A stretch of DNA of 64,000 bases from Anaerolineae bacterium (lineage in GTDB: Bacteria > Chloroflexota > Anaerolineae > S140-20): the NCBI GenBank assembly GCA_027021705.1, contig JALUTT010000171.1, positions 15,745 through 79,744 on the forward strand. The letters are read 5' to 3'. The notes under the pieces were generated by a model. The model was not told where the DNA came from. It saw only the letters and a program-made list of their open reading frames with translations, and made no database searches. The first letter of the stretch is position 1, and each line of letters starts with the position of its first letter. This document shows, one piece after another, positions 10,894-19,653 of the stretch. The translations under genes were made by a program, and so were the position numbers.

Positions 10894-11394
10894 TTAGAGG
10901 GGAGTGCGGCGGCGACCGAGGAGCAGTGTGCCTAGGAGGGTGATCCCCGCCATGCCAGCCCAGAAGAGGAGCAGAAACGGGTTGGGGTGTCTACGGTACA
11001 GACGCCGGTAGGTTCGACCGGCCCGGCCTGCCACGTAGCTCTCGGCGGCCAGTTCCCAGGCCGCCTGGTGGACGAGGAGAGCGGCGGCGAGGCGCACCAG
11101 CCGCTTTCCCAGCGGACGCGGCCTCGACGCCGGTCCGTGTCGCCACAGCCAGAGGACGTGGGCAACGGCCAGCGGCAGCGTCTGAAGGTGTCCCAGCTCG
11201 TGCCAGTAGCTGAGGCGGTATCGCTCCTCCTGGGGTAGCCCACGCCGGATGAAGAGGTTGACCAGGGGAGGGTGGGGCAGCGGGAATGACCCCACCCTCA
11301 CCAGATGCCAGTAGTCACCTTCGATCACGATCTCGCCCGGCAGGCCGTACCAGGTGCGCACCTGGCGGGAGAGTCCTTCCGCGTCCTCACTCAC
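10894..11394 (-). CDS. Membrane protein with an HExxH motif (possible metallopeptidase)
   Basis: WHELGHLQT plus a downstream WELAAE and hydrophobic segments. Its start overlaps the dsbA-like stop. Confidence 0.7.
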   Translation of the reverse strand: MSEDAEGLSRQVRTWYGLPGEIVIEGDYWHLVRVGSFPLPHPPLVNLFIRRGLPQEERYRLSYWHELGHLQTLPLAVAHVLWLWRHGPASRPRPLGKRLVRLAAALLVHQAAWELAAESYVAGRAGRTYRRLYRRHPNPFLLLFWAGMAGITLLGTLLLGRRRTPL

Positions 11395-12190
11395 GAGTTG
11401 CCTCCAACTCTGCTTCGATCATCTGCTGGAAAGCTTCGAAGGGTTGAGCGCCCACGAGGGGCTTGCCGTTGATCAGGAAGGTGGGAGTGCCCCTCACGCC
11501 CAGGGATCGGGCGATGGACGTCTCCGAACGCACGATGGAAGTGTACCGACCGGAGTCCAAGCAGGTCTCGAACGCCTCGCGGTCCAACCCCAGCTCGGTG
11601 GCGAACTGTTTCAGGTTCTCCCGGCTGAAAGCCCCCTGGTTCTCACCGGCCTGGCGCTCGAAGAGCAGGTCGTGATAGGCCCAGAAAGCCCCTTGCTCGG
11701 CGGCACATTCGGTCGCCTCGGCGGCCCACTGGGACTCCGGCCCCAGGAAGGCGAAGTGCCAGTAGCCGAAACGGACCTCTCCCGTTTGCACGTAGACCTG
11801 GTCAATCTGACGCCCCGCGTCAGCGGCGAATCGCCCGCAGAAGGGTCACTGGAAGTCGCCAAACTCGATGATGGTCACGGGAGCGTTGGGGTTCCCTTTG
11901 AAGTGGCGCACCCGGGCGGTCAGGTCTTCCAACGAGCCTGGCAGGCTCGCCGGGTTGACGGGTGTGGGGTCGAGGCTGGCCGGCGGAGGATCGGCGTCCT
12001 GGGCCGAGGCGGCCGGGGAGCCGAAGAGGGATCGCGGCGTCACCAGCGGGCGTACCCCGTAGCCGATCAGCACGCCGATCACCAGCCCGACGGCGAGCAT
12101 GGCCAACGGATTGGTCCAGATCGGGGATGAGGAGGCCGGAGACGGCGCCTCATCCGACTGCTGTTGGGGCAGAAACGGCTCTCTCTCCAT
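11387..12190 (-). CDS. DsbA/thioredoxin-like selenoprotein (U-P-F-C), 267 aa with UGA readthrough
   Basis: The ORF track pieces 11846-12190 and 11387-11791 are in one frame, joined by TGA at 11846-11848: VTIIEFGDFQ-U-PFCGRF...GVRGTPTFLING. N-terminal TM anchor. Hairpin CUGACGC-GGG-GCGUCAG at 11807-11823. Confidence 0.9.
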
Positions 12191-12208
12191 ACCGTGACAA
12201 CCTCCACG

Positions 12209-13222
12209 TCAGGGGTGGGCGGGTTCCTGGCTCTCCCGTCCCAGCATCTTCTCCAGTTCGTGGCTCACGTCGTGGACTTCGCCGGCTTTCACGGCGGTCA
12301 GCAGGGCCTCCAGTTGGGCCTTCTCCTCCCCCGTCGCCTCTTCAATGGCCTGTTCCAGGTGGGCGATCGCGTCGTCGTAGTTGTCGCCCTCCAGGGCACT
12401 CAGGGCCAGGACGATGTGCAGTTGCATCGGGCTCAGGTCCTCCCCCTCGGCCTGGAGGAGCAGGGTTTCCAGTTCGTGCTCGGCCTCATGGACCTTGTTC
12501 TCCTCCAGCAGGGTCAGGATCTCCTGGGCCTTCTGCTGGGACTCGCCCTCGCCGGAGGCGACGAGGTCCTGGAGGTGGGCTCGGGCGTCGGGGAGGTCCT
12601 CGGCCTGGAGGGAGAGGAGGGCCAGCCGCAGATGGGCCGCCTCGGTCATAGAGCCGAGGAAGGGTCCCGCACCGGTGGGCGGCCCCAAGCTCAGGATGAA
12701 GGCAGCGATCTTCTCCAACTCCTCATCGCTGATCTGGTCGGGGCCGAAGGCGGGCATCTGGACGCCGGGTGGGGAGACAGGGCGGGGCTCCCGCACCTGC
12801 TTGAAGACGGCCTCTTTGGAGTGGCCCGCCAGGGCAGGCCCCAGGTCCTCGACCCCTTCGCCGTTCTCGCCGTGGCAGGCGGCACAACCTTTGGCCACAA
12901 AGAGGGCTTGCCCTTCGGCGATGATCTCAGCTTCTACGTCGGCAACAGGCTCCTCGGTTGCCATAGGTTCCTCGGTCTCGGCGGGCATCATTTCGGTCTC
13001 GGCGGGGGCCATCTCGGTCTCGGCGGGCATCATCTCGGTCTCGGTGGGCATCATCTCGGTCCCGGCGGGGGCCATCTCGGTCGCAGCCGACGGAAGTGGT
13101 GTGGGCGCTGTCGTGGGGGCCGCTGTGGGCGTGGCCTGACCGCCACAGGCAGCCAGGACCAGCACCAGGGCGAGGACTGCCACCGATAATCCGATCGTCA
13201 TACGGCGCTTGCTCTTGATCAC
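12209..13222 (-). CDS. Cytochrome c lipoprotein with a Met-rich linker
   Basis: Lipobox LAAC, repeated ETEMMPA linker, CAACH heme motif, distal Met (QMPAF) and a His-containing helical C-terminus. Confidence 0.85.
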   Translation of the reverse strand: MIKSKRRMTIGLSVAVLALVLVLAACGGQATPTAAPTTAPTPLPSAATEMAPAGTEMMPTETEMMPAETEMAPAETEMMPAETEEPMATEEPVADVEAEIIAEGQALFVAKGCAACHGENGEGVEDLGPALAGHSKEAVFKQVREPRPVSPPGVQMPAFGPDQISDEELEKIAAFILSLGPPTGAGPFLGSMTEAAHLRLALLSLQAEDLPDARAHLQDLVASGEGESQQKAQEILTLLEENKVHEAEHELETLLLQAEGEDLSPMQLHIVLALSALEGDNYDDAIAHLEQAIEEATGEEKAQLEALLTAVKAGEVHDVSHELEKMLGRESQEPAHP

Positions 13223-13238
13223 GCGATTATCCTCCCTC

Positions 13239-13769
13239 TCAGTCCAGACTCTTCAGGAAGTCCAACAGGTCTTCTAGGTCTTCGTCGCTCATCGTCCAGC
13301 GGGGCATCGGCCATTCCAGCGGTTCTCCCGCCGGGTTGAGCCCCTGGGTGATGGCGCGTTTGATGGTCTCGTCGGTGTAGGGGGGATGCTCTTCCGCCCC
13401 TTCGTCGTGCTCCATCTTCTCGGCGGTCAGGGTCTTGTAGCGGATGTCGGGGGCGACGAAGGTTTCCATCATCATCCGCACGGTGCCGCCACGACCATCG
13501 GGGCCGTGGCAACTAGCACAGCTCAGGGCGCCCCCACCCATCATCCCCATCCCCATGTCCGAGGTGATAGGGGTACCCCGCTGGCTGGTGGCGGTGAAGT
13601 AGATCTGCTCACCGTTGGAGCGGAACTGGCGTCCGAAGCCGAATCCCCGCCCGCGCCAGCCTCCAGCGGTACAGCCGGCCAGGACGAGGACCAGCCCCAG
13701 GAGGGCAAGGCCTCGGACGCCGGATCTGGTGTATCGGAAGCGTGGTTGGTTGGGTGTTTCTGTGTCCAT
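13239..13769 (-). CDS. Cytochrome c lipoprotein
   Basis: Lipobox LAGC, CASCH heme motif, APDIRY and distal Met in PMPRW. Confidence 0.85.
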   Translation of the reverse strand: MDTETPNQPRFRYTRSGVRGLALLGLVLVLAGCTAGGWRGRGFGFGRQFRSNGEQIYFTATSQRGTPITSDMGMGMMGGGALSCASCHGPDGRGGTVRMMMETFVAPDIRYKTLTAEKMEHDEGAEEHPPYTDETIKRAITQGLNPAGEPLEWPMPRWTMSDEDLEDLLDFLKSLD

Positions 13770-14000
13770 ACTCTGTCCTTTGTGAACTCTGTCGGTTCGG
13801 ATCCGCCTTCTCCCGCCCCCGGTCGGCGGATGAGGATCCGCCGGGGGCTTGGGGAAGCGGAGTCCGACGGATCGTGGGTTTCTCCTCTCCTGCTCCCCCC
13901 GATGGACAATCTGGCGCAAGAGGAAGCCTGAGGAGGGGGAGAGCGCCGGACCTGTCCCCCCGCCGCGCCGGATAGCGTGTCCGGCAGGAGGGGATAGCGG

Positions 14001-14291
14001 TCAGACGGGCTCCCGCAGGTATCCCCCGGCCTGCAGCAGCCTGCGAACGTGGTGGCTGTTGACGCCGAAGCCGATCAGCACCTCGCCGTCAATGACGAGT
14101 GTAGGGGTGATGAAGCGACCGGCCAGGCTCTTGAGTTCGTCCATGTAGAGGGGGTTGGTGGTGACATCCTTCTCGGTGAAGGGGATGTTGTGCCGGGCGA
14201 AGAACCTCTTCGCCGCCTGGCAGTCGCCTCACGTGGGCTGGGTGTAGAGGACGACGCCTCTGGGTCTGCGGTGGAAGAGTCGGCGAAACAT
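14001..14291 (-). CDS. Glutaredoxin/NrdH-like selenoprotein (U-G-D-C), 96 aa; absent from the ORF track
   Basis: AAGGAG RBS, then MFRRLFHRRPRGVVLYTQPT-U-GDCQAAKRFFARHNIPFTEKDV...ITPTLVIDGEVLIGF. TGA at 14229-14231 is followed by the stem GGCGAAGA-GGU-UCUUCGCC, loop 22 nt downstream. Confidence 0.9.
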
Positions 14292-14377
14292 AGCGTTGCT
14301 CCTTGGCAGGGTTTCATCGGTCGGGGTTCGTCCCTGAGGCGATGAATGCCTGCCCCCCGATGAGGATTTGTGCCCCC

Positions 14378-14445
14378 AGTATACACCAAGGTCGGAAACC
14401 CGACCACGGCCATTTGGCCTATTGCTCCCTCGCTGTTTGGCCTGG
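14378..14445 (-). promoter_or_regulatory. Promoter (-10 TATACT) with tandem 7-2-7 operator, copy 3
   Basis: + strand AGTATA-N21-CACGGCCA-TT-TGGCCTA, then CTCGCTG-TT-TGGCCTG. Confidence 0.6.
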
Positions 14446-14517
14446 TGTAGGCAGCGCCCTTTTGGGAGCTTCGAGCGCCTGTGGTTCGGTCAGAGGTCCC
14501 CCATAAAAAAACGGATG

Positions 14518-14735
14518 GCTGTCAACGAATTGGGAAACGGATTAAGCGGATGGGAAACCTCTCTCCGTTCGATCCGCTTCCCCAGTCCGTTGACAGCACC
14601 CGTTCACAGCATCCGCTGACAGCGGCCTGCCTACTATTGAAATGAAAGTGAAATGAAAGCTGTCAGCGGATTCGAGAGCCGATTGAGCGGACGGGATCCT
14701 CTCCGTTCAACCCGCTCCCCCGATCCGCTGACAGC
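14518..14735. repeat. Two REPIN-like inverted-repeat units
   Basis: GCTGTCAACG...CGTTGACAGC and GCTGTCAGCGGA...TCCGCTGACAGC, each about 78 nt with internal ACGGAT/GCGGAT versus TCCGTT/TCCGCT repeats. Confidence 0.7.
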
Positions 14736-14747
14736 ATCCACTGGCAG

Positions 14748-16847
14748 CTACTCAGCCTCGGCCGCCGCCGGCCTCGGCACCCCGCAGAACTGGTGGTAGT
14801 CAATGAGCTCCGTCACCGTGGGGTTCTCGCCGCAGACGGGGCAGTCGGGCGCGGGGGGCACCGAGACCTCCATGAACTCGCCGTCGAGGGCGTCGTAGAG
14901 GAGCAGCCGCCCGATCAGCGGTTCGCCGATCCCCAGGATGATCTTGATGGCCTCCATAGCCTGGAGGCTGCCCATGATGCCGGGCAGGACCCCCAGGACG
15001 CCGGCCTCGGCGCAACTGGGCACCAGCCCCGGCGGGGGCGGCTCCGGGAAGAGGCAGCGGTAGCACGGCCCTCCCCGGGCCGGGTCGAAGACGGTCAACT
15101 GCCCCTCGAAGCGGAAGATGCTGGCGTCCACCAGCGGCTTCCCCAGCATCACGCAGGCGTCGTTCACCAGGTAGCGGGTGGGGAAGTTGTCGGAGCCGTT
15201 GATCACCACATCGTAGTCGCGCAGCACCTCGAAGGCGTTGGAGGAGTCCAGCAGCAGGTGATGGCCGACGACCTCGACATCGGGGTTGATGCTGTGCAGG
15301 GTCTCGGCTGCCGACTCCACCTTGGGCCGACCGATGTCCTCGGTCTTGTGGAGGATCTGGCGCTGCAGGTTGCTCAGGTCCACCACGTCGTGGTCCACGA
15401 TGCCGATGGTGCCCACGCCCGCCGCCGCCAGGTAGAAGGCGGCCGGCGACCCCAAGCCACCCGCGCCGATGATCACGGCCTTGGCCTCCAGGAGCTTGAT
15501 CTGCCCCGCTTCGCCCACCTCGGGCAGGAGGAAGTGGCGGCTGTAGCGCACCCGCTGGGTGTCGGTGAGGACCTTGGGGATGACGAAGGGGAAGCCGGCC
15601 GACTTCCAAGCCTGGAAGCCGCCGACCAGTGACTCCACCCGCGTGTACCCCATCTGGCGCAGGGCGAGGGCGCCAAGGGCGGAGCGCACCCCACCGGCGC
15701 AGTAGACGACGATGGGCGCATCCCGGTCCGACACCAGCTCCTCGATGCGCAGCTCCAGGAAGCCGCGCGGGATGAAGTGGGCACCGGGGATGTGGCCCTG
15801 CTCCCACTCGTCCCGCTCCCGGATGTCCACCAGGTGAACGGGCTCACCGGCGTCCAGCCGGCGCTTCAGGGTGTGCACGTCCACCTCGGCGATCTGGCTG
15901 CGGGCCAGGGCCACCACCTCGTCGCGGGAGCGGCGCTTGAACTGGCCGTTGTCGGCGACGACCACCGCCCGTGGGGCGGGGGTGGCAGGCAGGCCGCAGG
16001 GGCCGACGGCCCCCTCGCCGGCCGGCACCTGCTCCCGAGCTTGGCCTTCGATGGGCAGGTCGGTCCGGCGGCTCCACTCAGCCCACGACCCCTCGTAGTT
16101 GCGCACCCGAGGGTAGCCCAGCCAGCGCAGGACCAGGTAGGTGTGGGAGGAGCGGGCACCCGTCTCACAGTAGACGACGATCTCCCGGTCCGGCGTGATC
16201 CCCCGTTCCTGGAAGAGGCGGTGCAGCTCCTCGGCGGGCCGGAGGGCGGGTGGTGCGGTGTCGGCCAGGACACTGTCGTAGGGGAGGTGGACCGCGCCGG
16301 GCAGCCGGCCGCTCTCGAACTCGGCCTCCGTCCGCACGTCCAGGAGGACGATGTCGGGATGGCCCAGGTGGGCGGCGATCCAGTTGGCCGTGGCCAGCTT
16401 GCTGCTCTCCGGTTCAGCGGCGTAGAGGGCCGGCTCCGGCGTGACCGTCTCGGTGCTCACCTCCCCGCCGGCCTCTTCCCAGGCTTCCCAGCCCCCCTCG
16501 AGGATGTACACCTTGGCGTGGCCGTAGTAGTCCAGGAGCCAGGCGAACTGGGCGGCCAGGGGGCCGAAGCCCTCGTCGTAGATGACGACCGGGGTCTCGC
16601 GGGTCAGCCCCAGGCGGCCCAGCACCTCCTCGGCGGCCGACTGGCCGACCAGCCGTCCGGGCACCCCGTTGACGGTGGTGAAGAGTTCCTGGAGGTCCAG
16701 GGAGACCGCTCCCGGCACGTGGCCGTAGGGGTAACCCAGTTCCAGGTCCGGTAGGGTGACGCGGAGGTCCACGATCCGTATCTCCGGGTCCGCCAGGCGG
16801 TCCTGCAGCCACGCCGCGTCCACCAGGTGGATGGGCCGCTTGGTCAT
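14748..16847 (-). CDS. moeB: Triple-rhodanese-MoeB/ThiF fusion (sulfurtransferase-adenylyltransferase)
   Basis: Tandem rhodanese (GHVPGAV, YCETGARS, YEGSWAEW), a third rhodanese (GHIPGA, YCAGGVRS), then MoeB (RYSRH, GAGGLG, SNLQRQ, CYRC, SCAEAGVLG, CPVC). Confidence 0.9.
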   Translation of the reverse strand: MTKRPIHLVDAAWLQDRLADPEIRIVDLRVTLPDLELGYPYGHVPGAVSLDLQELFTTVNGVPGRLVGQSAAEEVLGRLGLTRETPVVIYDEGFGPLAAQFAWLLDYYGHAKVYILEGGWEAWEEAGGEVSTETVTPEPALYAAEPESSKLATANWIAAHLGHPDIVLLDVRTEAEFESGRLPGAVHLPYDSVLADTAPPALRPAEELHRLFQERGITPDREIVVYCETGARSSHTYLVLRWLGYPRVRNYEGSWAEWSRRTDLPIEGQAREQVPAGEGAVGPCGLPATPAPRAVVVADNGQFKRRSRDEVVALARSQIAEVDVHTLKRRLDAGEPVHLVDIRERDEWEQGHIPGAHFIPRGFLELRIEELVSDRDAPIVVYCAGGVRSALGALALRQMGYTRVESLVGGFQAWKSAGFPFVIPKVLTDTQRVRYSRHFLLPEVGEAGQIKLLEAKAVIIGAGGLGSPAAFYLAAAGVGTIGIVDHDVVDLSNLQRQILHKTEDIGRPKVESAAETLHSINPDVEVVGHHLLLDSSNAFEVLRDYDVVINGSDNFPTRYLVNDACVMLGKPLVDASIFRFEGQLTVFDPARGGPCYRCLFPEPPPPGLVPSCAEAGVLGVLPGIMGSLQAMEAIKIILGIGEPLIGRLLLYDALDGEFMEVSVPPAPDCPVCGENPTVTELIDYHQFCGVPRPAAAEAE

Positions 16848-17068
16848 GATGACACCTCCCGGGTCAGGGTGATGACCCACTCAGGGTTTCCCGTCTGCTC
16901 GATCTTCACGCTGAACCCCCGGCGTCGGGCCTGGGTGGGGATGCTCTCCAGGGCCGGCGCGTGGTCGGTGATCACCTCCAGGACTTCGCCCTCGGGCAGC
17001 CGTTTCATCGCTTCAACCGCTTTGAGCATCGGGTAAGGGCAGATCTCGCCTCGCACGTCCAATCGCAT
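16844..17068 (-). CDS. tusA: TusA/YeeD-family sulfur carrier
   Basis: MRLDVRGEICPYPMLK contains the CPxP motif. GAGGAGG RBS. Confidence 0.9.
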   Translation of the reverse strand: MRLDVRGEICPYPMLKAVEAMKRLPEGEVLEVITDHAPALESIPTQARRRGFSVKIEQTGNPEWVITLTREVSS

Positions 17069-17090
17069 CGTCTTCCTCCTCATTGTGGTT

Positions 17091-18584
17091 TCAGGGTAGT
17101 CGTCGGATGATCTGAACGCCGATCCAGGCCCCGCCAACCAGCCCCAGCCCGAAGACCCAGCCGTTGAGGGCCAGGGAGGGGATGGCGGAGAAGAAGCCGC
17201 CGATGTTGCACCCCATGGCCAGGCGAGCGCCGTAGCCCATAAGCAGCCCTCCGCTGAAGGTCTGCAGGTAGCGGTAGCGGCGGCGGGGGAAGCGGAGTTT
17301 GAACTCACCGGCCAAGAGGGCGGCGGTGAAGGCTCCGAAAATGAGCCCCCAGTTCAGCAGCGTGCCGCCACTCAGCCAGGGGATATGGCTCAGCAGTTCC
17401 TTGCCGGCCGGCTTGTCACCGAAGTAGAGCAGGTTCTGGGCCGGATAGCCCAGGGTGTAGGCGACCCATCCCGCCCAGCGGGAGACGGCGGTGGTGATCC
17501 CCCACGGCTTTTTGTACAGGTACTCGAAGATGTTGAGCATTCCTAGAGCCAAGCCGCCGGCGGCCGCGGGCCAGGCTCGCACGAAGATCTGCTGCCAGCC
17601 GACGCGCAGGCGGTCGGCGAAGGTGCGGACCGGCCCGGTCGGCTCCTCCCAGGTGGAGATGCCACCGGCCCGGCTCTCCCACCAGACGATCAACAGGTAG
17701 AAGCCGAAGAGGACGATGAGGGTGAGGACAAGGGCGGGGCCCCATCCCAGCGCCCGGGGGAACCAGAACTTGGGCTGTCGGGAGATGACGTTGGGCCACC
17801 ACCACTCCCAGTGTAGGGCCAGGACGAAAGAGCCGGCGATCATCCCCACCAGGGCGACCCACTGAGCCACGTAGCCCTCGCCCATCCGGTAGAGGGTGCC
17901 CGAGGCGCACCCACCGGCGACGACCATCCCGGTGCCGAAAAGCAGGCCCCCCAGCAGGGTGTGCCAGCCGGTGGGGTAGACGTTGCCGGCCATCCCCTGG
18001 GTCGGGTCGGGCACCGCCTTGTACATAATGAGCGTGAAGCCGACGGTGGCAATGGCCAGGCCGACGATCACCCCTTTCATCAGGCGGCCATCCTGGAGCA
18101 GGAAGAGGTCCCGGAAGGCCGAGGTGAAGCAGAAGCGGCTCCGCTGGACCACGAAGCCGAAGGCCAGGCCAAAGGTCCAGAAGATGGCCAGGGAGGTGCT
18201 AATCCGGGCGTAGAAGAGGAGCACCAGCAGTGCCCCCACGGTGGCCAAGAGGCCGTAGAGGATGTGCCGCCGGATGCCGGGCAGGATGGGAAGGGTGGAC
18301 GCTTTGGCCGTCGCCCCACCGGCCACGGCAGGCACCAGGGTGACCTTGTCGTCAGGTTGGAGCGGGGTGGCCAGGCCCTGCAGAGCGCGGGCGTCCTGGC
18401 CGTTGACGAAGAAGCGGACGTAGGGTCGGAGTTGACCGGTCTCGTCCAGCAGGTGGACGCGGAGGTCAGGGAACCGCTCGCTCACCTCTGCGACGAGAGC
18501 GCCCAGCTCGTCGGCGGTGACCTCCACCTGGGCCTGACCTTCGGTCATCCGACGCAGGAATGTGGGAAAGTACAAGGTTGCCAT
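17091..18584 (-). CDS. MoaD/ThiS ubiquitin-like domain fused to a YeeE/YedE sulfur (thiosulfate/selenium) transporter
   Basis: Residues 1-90 end in FVNGQD...PAVAGG. The rest has the three YeeE Cys motifs QRSRFCF, AGGCASG and AMGCNIG. Confidence 0.88.
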   Translation of the reverse strand: MATLYFPTFLRRMTEGQAQVEVTADELGALVAEVSERFPDLRVHLLDETGQLRPYVRFFVNGQDARALQGLATPLQPDDKVTLVPAVAGGATAKASTLPILPGIRRHILYGLLATVGALLVLLFYARISTSLAIFWTFGLAFGFVVQRSRFCFTSAFRDLFLLQDGRLMKGVIVGLAIATVGFTLIMYKAVPDPTQGMAGNVYPTGWHTLLGGLLFGTGMVVAGGCASGTLYRMGEGYVAQWVALVGMIAGSFVLALHWEWWWPNVISRQPKFWFPRALGWGPALVLTLIVLFGFYLLIVWWESRAGGISTWEEPTGPVRTFADRLRVGWQQIFVRAWPAAAGGLALGMLNIFEYLYKKPWGITTAVSRWAGWVAYTLGYPAQNLLYFGDKPAGKELLSHIPWLSGGTLLNWGLIFGAFTAALLAGEFKLRFPRRRYRYLQTFSGGLLMGYGARLAMGCNIGGFFSAIPSLALNGWVFGLGLVGGAWIGVQIIRRLP

Positions 18585-18628
18585 AGTCGTTCCCTCCTTG
18601 CAAGTCGTTTGGCAGATCTACCAGATGC

Positions 18629-18662
18629 AAAAAAGCCCATCGCCACGAGGACGCGATGAGCT
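18629..18662 (-). terminator. Intrinsic terminator/attenuator in the 5' leader of the MoaD-YeeE operon
   Basis: mRNA AGCUCAUCGC-GUCCUCGUG-GCGAUGGGCU followed by a U-run, 45 nt before the start codon. Confidence 0.8.
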
Positions 18663-18805
18663 CGCAAGGAGGCATAGGCAGTCGCCCCACCGATCGCTGT
18701 TACGTCGGGTTCTAACAGGCCACCCCGCCCTCTCGGGAGAAGATCGGCCTGCCGGGGCTGGTATGGGGTTGGCAGGGCTCGCGCACCTGGTGATGTGGGG
18801 CCTGC

Positions 18806-19003
18806 TCACTCCATGCGGCTCATCGCATCAGACCCAGGGACGCGGGCACAGACGGCAAAGGGCCGACAGCTTCGGGCCGCCGTCTCAACCGCCGACGGCC
18901 GGCTGTCGGACACCGTCTGGGCCCGCCGGGTACAGATGCACTTGAGCGCGGTGAAGGACGTCCCTCGATTGTCCTTCATCCGAGTGAGCCAGGTCCACGT
19001 CAT
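18806..19003 (-). CDS. Possible Cys-containing leader peptide (65 aa, four Cys)
   Basis: GGAG-N10-ATG just after a promoter. Cys at 22, 24, 46 and 52. Codons 60-62 overlap the antiterminator segment. Confidence 0.35.
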   Translation of the reverse strand: MTWTWLTRMKDNRGTSFTALKCICTRRAQTVSDSRPSAVETAARSCRPFAVCARVPGSDAMSRME

Positions 19004-19045
19004 TACGGGATCGCTCCAGAGATCGGGAGTGGAATTTGCGCCCGA

Positions 19046-19074
19046 ATTATAGCGCAGTTTGCCCAATCTGTCCA
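19046..19074 (-). promoter_or_regulatory. Sigma70-type promoter
   Basis: TGGACA-17 nt-TATAAT, about 460 nt upstream of the MoaD-YeeE start. Confidence 0.75.
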
Positions 19075-19080
19075 GCCGAA

Positions 19081-19650
19081 TTAGTCGGTTTGGGAGAGCA
19101 AATCCCGGATAACGGCGTCCAATTCGCCCGGCATGAACGGCCCAACCTTGGTCAGAACGATGTACCCCTCCCGGTCAATGACGAAGGTCTCGGGGACCCC
19201 GGTGATGCGGTAGGCGGCGGAGATGCGCCCTTGTAGGTCGGGGCCGTTGGGATAGGTGATGTCGAACTCCTCCAAGTAGGCGCGGGCCTTGCTCTCGATG
19301 TCCACGTAGTCCACGCCCAGGAGCACGACTCCCTGATCCCGGTACTTGCGCCACACCGCTTCCAGCTCGGGAGCCTCCCGGCGGCACTCGACGCACCAGG
19401 AGGCCCAGAAGTTGACGACGACGATCCGTCCGCGCAGTTGGGAGAGGGTGACCTCGCCACTGGTGAACTCGTTTTCGTAGCCGCTGAAGATGGGCAGCGT
19501 GAAGTCGGGGGCCAGGCCCGACTCCGGCCGGCCCTGGGCCTGACGGACGAGCCCCCAGCCCAGGAGTCCCAACAGCGTGAAGATGCTCACCCAGACCAAC
19601 AGACGACCGATCCGCAGGCGGGCGCTCGGTCGCGTGGCGTTCTCGCTCAT
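19081..19650 (-). CDS. TlpA/CcmG/ResA-type thiol-disulfide oxidoreductase
   Basis: N-terminal TM segment, APDFTL, VVNFWASWCVEC and GVPETFVID. Confidence 0.92.
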   Translation of the reverse strand: MSENATRPSARLRIGRLLVWVSIFTLLGLLGWGLVRQAQGRPESGLAPDFTLPIFSGYENEFTSGEVTLSQLRGRIVVVNFWASWCVECRREAPELEAVWRKYRDQGVVLLGVDYVDIESKARAYLEEFDITYPNGPDLQGRISAAYRITGVPETFVIDREGYIVLTKVGPFMPGELDAVIRDLLSQTD

Positions 19651-19653
19651 CGC

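Noticed and set aside
18585..19040. T-box, SAM-I, cobalamin riboswitch, tmRNA or RNase P
   Set aside because: The diagnostic consensus motifs (GGUGGNACC, AUCNAGAG, B12 box, GAGGAAAGUCC, tRNA-like ends) were not found by eye.
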